A stretch of DNA of 64,000 nt, taken from Octopus vulgaris. Lineage: Eukaryota. The position numbers and the translations under genes were made by a program. Below are positions 57,788 to 64,000 of the stretch, piece by piece. Location of the stretch: positions 80,414,001 to 80,478,000 of the forward strand of contig OX597821.1 in NCBI GenBank assembly GCA_951406725.2, written 5' to 3'. The notes beneath the pieces were generated by a model, which ran no database searches, was not told the origin of the DNA, and saw only the letters and a program-made list of their open reading frames with translations. Position 1 is the stretch's first letter, and each line of letters begins with the position of its first letter.

Positions 57788-57918
57788 TGCATATGTGTGT
57801 GTTTGTTGTGTTATGTTTATTCAACCCAGAACAAAAATTGACTCCAATTTGTTCAATAAAACCCTTCAATGTGGTGCTTCAGCTGGCTGCAGTCCAGTGA
57901 CTGAAACAAGTAAAAGAA
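57612..57918 (+). mobile_element. Diverged family A SINE
   Basis: GCAAGTGTCTTCTAC...GTGACTGAAACAAGTAAAAG. Confidence 0.75.
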
Positions 57919-57944
57919 GGTAGATGAAGATCCGGTTTCATTTC

Positions 57945-58322
57945 TTACCTCCGCCTTCGCTAGGGCGGAGGTATGGTTTTCAGTTGAGTTTGTTTGTTTT
58001 TGTTTTTTTTTTGTCCTTGGACAAGATATCTCAAGAACCGCTGGATGGATTCGGAAGAAACTTGCAGGGATGTTTGGTCTCGTAACAGGCACAAACTGAT
58101 TGATTTTGGGATCGATCCAGTACCGGACAAGGATTCTGGATTATTTTTCAGGTTTTTTATTTTATTTTTGAGAGCAGTCAGGTTCATTTTTTAGTATTCT
58201 CCTTTGTGAGAGCAGTCGATTTTATTTCAGATATTCTCATTTTAAAAATCATCTCTGGCTAATCGCTGAGAAGACGCTGGTGTTGCTTTGGCGGAAGTTT
58301 GCGCTCTCTGAGTGCTCTTGTT
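57945..58322 (+). mobile_element. Helentron-associated non-autonomous element (HINE/DINE-1-like)
   Basis: 5' subTIR plus inverted repeat TACCTCCGCC...GGCGGAGGTA, then (GTTT)n, a 3' subTIR TTGGCGGAAG and a terminal hairpin GCGCTC-TCT-GAGTGC. Flanks are T-rich. Confidence 0.8.
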
Positions 58323-58548
58323 TCAATCGTTTTCATTGGCTCCGAAGACCCGTTGTCTGTAAGAAGTAGTAATTTCGACTAGAATTAAACTTTAAGTGCA
58401 GGAGAACGGTTATGTGGGCTACAGTGACCATCTAAGAAGAGAGAAATACGCTGAAAGTAGAGAGCCGTGGTAATTGTAGGGAGGTGTTATATCAAAGTCA
58501 GTGAACAGGAACTGCACTATAAGTTACTAATGATAATACCTTTTACAG

Positions 58549-58940
58549 AGGCATAGCTGTAAGAAGCTCGCTCTGCAGCTATTGAGTTTCAAGTTCAGTC
58601 CCACTGCACAGCAACTTGGGCATCTATCTTCTACTACGGCGCTGGGTCAACCAATGCCATGTGAGTGAATTTGTTTGATGGAAACTATGTGGAAGCCCAT
58701 AGTATATATGTGTGTGTGTCTTTGTGTCTGTGTTTGTCCCTCCATCCACACACACACCGCTTGACAGCCGCTTTTAATTTGTTTACGTCCCCGAAACTTA
58801 GTAGTTCGGCAAAAGAGATTGATAGACTAAGTACCAAACTTTAGAAATAAAATAAATACTGGGGACGATTTATTCCACTAAAACCCTACAAGGCAGTGCC
58901 TTAGCATGGCCGTAACCCAATACCTAAAAAACATAAAGAT
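58549..58940 (+). mobile_element. Diverged family A SINE
   Basis: GTTCAGTCCCACTGC and GTTTACGTCCCC...AGCATGGCCG blocks. Confidence 0.8.
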
Positions 58941-59377
58941 AGAAATGCCAAATTTTCTAATACCCTTGCTTATCAGATTCCGGTTCCCGTAGTCTTAAGT
59001 CAATAAATGGTTTCTCGTGGTCAGAAATTGAATTTGGAACTTCAGGCTTGTGGATCTATAAGACAAAAACACTGCACAATTCTTACAGAGTTCACTTGAT
59101 TTCCTTGCAGTACTTTTAGCTAGATGGAATCGGCTTTTTTAAGCTGTCAGAAATTCCATTTACCAATCTTCGACTCGTTAAAAGCTTATAACCAACGGCG
59201 CCATAGTTCACTTATTGTGATATAAAAAAAAAATAATAATAAATCGTGGTTTGCAAAGTATCAAAGTCGTATACGGTACCATCGCGAATACCGAACTAAA
59301 TACTATAATGTATACTATAATACTATATTTAATGTATATTATAATATTATTATACTATGTGATAATGTATATAACAT

Positions 59378-59575
59378 TCTACTATACTCTAGGCACAAGG
59401 CTCGAAATTTTGGGGGAGTGAGACAGTCGATTAAAGCGACCCCAGTACGCAACTGGTACTTAATTTATCGACCCCGAAAGGATGAAAGGCAAAGTCGACC
59501 TCGGGGGAATTTGAACGCAGAACGTAAAGACAGACGAAATACGCTAAGCATTGCGCCCGGTGTGCTAACGTTTCT
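59378..59575 (-). mobile_element. Family B SINE in an AT-rich low-complexity tract
   Basis: Reverse complement of family B. Confidence 0.85.
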
Positions 59576-59816
59576 TAATGACTATGATAATACTATTATA
59601 CTATGTTATAATGTATATTATGTTACTCTTATACAATATTATAATGTATTACAATATTGTAGTGTATTATAATACTAAAATGTATTAACCGTAATTATAA
59701 CCTGTTTTTTTAACGTGTTCCAGAAAATTGGACTTGACATATACATATAATGTATATTCATGTACATACCTACAGGCATATATAGGTGTTCGTACGTGTT
59801 TGTTTGTTTGTTTGTG

Positions 59817-59848
<32 letters not shown>

Positions 59849-60396
59849 CGTGTGTGTGTTGTCTTTATTGTCATTTCGTTCATCTCCAACTCAGCCATAG
59901 CTGGGAAGACTTATGATCAAAGGTATCGCAGTTATCAACACATCGCCGAGAGTACTTCCAATATTTCGATGTGGTCTTTGAGACGGTAGAGCGTGATTTC
60001 AAGGAAATTTAACTGCTATTTCTAGCAAATCTGGCGACCAAGTAGAGACTGCCTTTGTTATCCCCTCACAACATTGTAACTCAACCAGATCTCTGACTCT
60101 CTTTTATATACGTCAGTTCTCAAGTAAAACGCTGTATCGATAGAACTGCGTTGACAAGGAATTTCGTCTAATAATAGACGCTTTGTGGTTCTTTTATATC
60201 TGATAGTCTCAACTAATTAAAAGCCATTTAGAGATTCCACTTACTTCTGACTAGATCAGAATGTCTGCAATGAACCAACACCTATCTGTGACAAGTATCT
60301 AAATTAAAAACTTCCTAATTTCCTATCTTGCTCTTCGTTGAGAACGAAAGTCAGAAATATACATACGTATGCGGCAATATATACGTGTATGTGTGT

Positions 60397-60475
<79 letters not shown>

Positions 60476-60745
60476 TAGATACAAATCAAAAGCTGTATAT
60501 AGATATAAATACATGGTTAGCTAACTAGCTAGATAGATAGATAGATTAGCGTCTAAATGTGTATACATTTATACGAAAATGTCCTAATAGTGAGTTACCG
60601 TCTAAACGTTGATATACTGTGAAATGGTTCCTCATTAATAAAGACGAGCGCTTGATTTATACATACATATACATACGCAAAAAAAAGCGATTTACATATG
60701 TTTATGTATGTAGTTGTGGGCACAAATGAAAAAGAGGGAGAGAAA

Positions 60746-60815
<70 letters not shown>

Positions 60816-61283
60816 GGGACAGACAGACAGAGAAAGTGATACGCGAGAAGCATTTCGGAATGATCTGTGACCAGTGAAAGATAAAGTAGTTACACTCGCT
60901 CTAAGGTTTTCACTCAAACTTCCATAACGAACACGTCAGCGATAAGAACAAACAAAAGAGTAGAGGCCTATCACTTCATCCATCTATTATAGTATATCAG
61001 ATCTATTATTTTATTATAGTTCTGATTTTGTTGGCAACTTTAACCTCACATCTAATTGTTTCTGCGAAATAAAAGCACGCTGTTCGCGCCGTAACATCTC
61101 TTGTAAAAGGAAGAAAAAAAAAGTGGTTTGTCGACAACTCATACGTTTCTGGTTTTCGTCATCGCTATTACTTTTGTCGACGTCGTCGACGGTGTTATTA
61201 TTGCTGTTTAGGCCCCGAACAACGGTAACTGTGCAAATATTTACTCAAAGACATTCTTCCCACGACATTTTCGTGTTTTTACA

Positions 61284-61372
<89 letters not shown>

Positions 61373-61800
61373 CATATTTATATTCTTATTTACCTTCGGT
61401 ATTGCAGTACAAATTTTTGTGACATTTGGACTCTATTTATTAATGAAAACTAGTAAGCACAAATTTTGTTTGTTATTTGTTGACGAAAAGAAACATGGCT
61501 TCTGTGACGTCAACATGCATACACATACAGAGTACACACACATATAATAAATGTCTGACGTGTCAATCAATACAAACACACGTCTGCTATCTGTGACATA
61601 TACACGCACATAGTCTTGGCGCTCTCTAAGAAAAAAGGAAACCGTCGACTTTTTGACGTAAACAATGTTTTAATCATTTAGAAATATTTTTAACTGAATG
61701 TGATTTCAAAAATTTAAGTTGTTTGTACAGTAAGTATTTATATTTTAGCTTTCTTTAAACAGACAATATTTTAATATTTAAAAAAAAAATATTGTCAAGT

Positions 61801-62217
61801 CGTTAATTTCCGTAAAAAATTTTTATTTATTTATTTTTGTTTTAAAGTGAAAGATGTATGTACATACATGGATGTGTGTTTGTGAGAGAAAGCGAAAGAG
61901 AGAGAGAAAGAGAGAGAGAGAGGAAAAGAGAGAGAAAGAGAGTGAGTGAAGAGGTGTGTTGTCATGTATACGCACATTCATCAATACGTATGCATTTATC
62001 TTTCTTGTATGTAAGGTGTGCATGTGTGTGTGAGAGAGAGAGAGAGAGTGTGTGTGTGAGTGAGTGGGGAAGTGAACGTGTGTTTCCATGTATGTGTAAA
62101 TGGCACTCTTTCACACACACACGTCCATTTCATATATACGTTCATACATCTTTCACTTTCTCCTCTCATTCACTTTAAAACAGAAGTAAATCAATAAAAA
62201 AATTACGGAAATTAACG
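61801..62217. repeat. ~100 bp-arm imperfect inverted repeat
   Basis: CGTTAATTTCCGTAA...GTTTTAAAGTGAAAGATGTATG versus CATACATCTTTCACTTT...CACTTTAAAAC...TTACGGAAATTAACG. Confidence 0.85.
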
Positions 62218-62510
62218 AACAAAACAAGCTGATCCGGATGACAGTTTTGAGAGTCAAAGCAAAAAATCACCCCAATTAAATTTTACAATCCAGCCGTTCT
62301 TTCCAGACGGGATTTCGTTGATTGACCCTGAAGTGACTTATATATAATTGAACTGTAATTATGTATACCAGAAACAATATATATAAGACGGTTTTTATAA
62401 TTATTTATATAATATTATGTTGTGTTATATATTATATTCATAGTATTTAATATAATATTGTAATATAAATAAATTATTGAATGTCAATAGAATATATATA
62501 TTTAATTTAT

Positions 62511-62552
<42 letters not shown>

Positions 62553-62584
62553 CAAATGAGTAACAAGGATGTCCAGGTATCAGT

Positions 62585-62741
62585 GCATTACAGCCGTTTC
62601 AAGGGGCTTCATTTAATCGATCAATGCAAACATTACCTCAATTTGAAATAAACCGCTTTCCTCGGACGCGAACGACCACATAGATTTCCAACATACAGGA
62701 TACTCCATTATAATTTTTTCGCAAATTTTTCATCAGAACTT
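62585..62741 (-). ncRNA. Decayed hammerhead-like motif near an element end at (TA)n
   Basis: Minus strand reads CTGATGA ... GAAA-CGGCTG-TA (near-palindromic stem III). Stem I is poor. Confidence 0.35.
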
Positions 62742-64000
62742 GAGACTAAGATGCTATTATTGTAGCATAAAGAATTTAGGGAAAGAATACCTTAAGCCTA
62801 CAATAATTTAGAGTGGCAGAAGGAAATAATAGGGGTCAATAAAGAGGAATAGTGATACAGCTGCATTCATTTTTATCCTTGTCACATTCAACAGACCCAA
62901 TGCAGCAACCAGTCTACATCCCCTTAGAATCAAAATTATCGGGAATTAACAGTTAAGTTCTTGTTGTTGGCGATTATTTAATTAATGTCAGATACACTTC
63001 TCTACCCTTATTTCACTATGACCATAAAATCAGCCATATCTGCATAAAAGAATATGTCTCAGAAAATGCTAGTAAGATAATGATATAAGGCGAGGTGATA
63101 ACCAGAAAGAGGAGGGCCAGAGGTAGCTTAACATATGATGATTACCAACTAAAAGGGGCTTCAAATGGAAAACAAAGGCGGTCACGTTGAGATCTAAGTG
63201 TGGGAATTAGGAATACGGGGAAAAGTGTGCATCTCGACTTAGCAAAATTTATCTATTAAAATATAAAAAATTTTGAAAAGGATTTAAGGACCCAGTAAAA
63301 GAAGAAGGAGAAATAAAACAATCTAAGCAAATAAAGCAATCTAAGAATGGGGTACTATTGTATAAAAAGAAACCTCATAATGCTTATTTCTAGCAGAATG
63401 TTAAGGTGGTCACGCTAAAACTATTCTACAATGATTCTATAATAAAATTCAGATATCATTCGAGTAGGGGTATACATATTCAATTGAATCAAAACCAAAG
63501 ATTAAGGGCTAAAAAATAAGATATTTCTATGACAGGTACAGTTATTTAAAAACTTTGGAAAAATATTTATATATAAAATCCTTGGGAAAATATATATATA
63601 TATATAATAAAATTACCAACATTTCGAAAAAATCTTTTAGATTTTTTCGAAATGTTGATAATTGTTCCTTATTGTTCTGTTTTCGCAACGATTCATACAA
63701 GGCGGGAAATATGCCGTGGATTATCTTAGATAGTTAAATCTTTAAAACGAGAGTTTGAACGTTGGGTGATATCCATTGTAAAGTCAGCTGTAATTTATTC
63801 GATGTGGTTGCGGGGTATGCATGATTAAGCTTGGCTTATGACCTAGGGGAAGATAATGGTAAGATCAGAAATTAATGATCCTTCGAGTTTAGCTTTGAGC
63901 TATTCTTCAACTAACCTTTGGCTTAATCATGCTTCAATAACTAAAATGAAGGCTAATTTTTGTCTAAAGTATGACTTCATGTAATCACCGCGATTGATAA

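Overview
AT-rich eukaryotic (animal) genomic DNA with no confidently recognisable host gene. The SINE families and very high microsatellite load resemble an octopod cephalopod genome (my inference, not a database result). Most long ORFs in the track are translation artefacts of microsatellites. Real coding remnants are all transposon-derived: R4/Dong RLE non-LTR elements in (TAA)n, a CR1-clade LINE, a Penelope-like element (RT + GIY-YIG) split by a CR1 fragment, Tx1/L1 pieces in (GATA)n, a bounded hAT (Buster-type) element, and several mariner relics. There are also MITEs, a Helentron-type non-autonomous element and many tRNA-derived SINEs. The most notable signal is a set of hammerhead-ribozyme motifs on both strands. 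One is a canonical type I hammerhead (55830-55930). A family of short non-coding elements ending at (TA)n tracts carries a minimal, covarying hammerhead variant with an extra A after the core and a palindromic ACGU stem III (27944, 28816, 30161, 56358). Several decayed copies also occur. Together these suggest a Penelope-associated, retrozyme-like family. All motif calls were made by eye and none has been tested computationally or experimentally.
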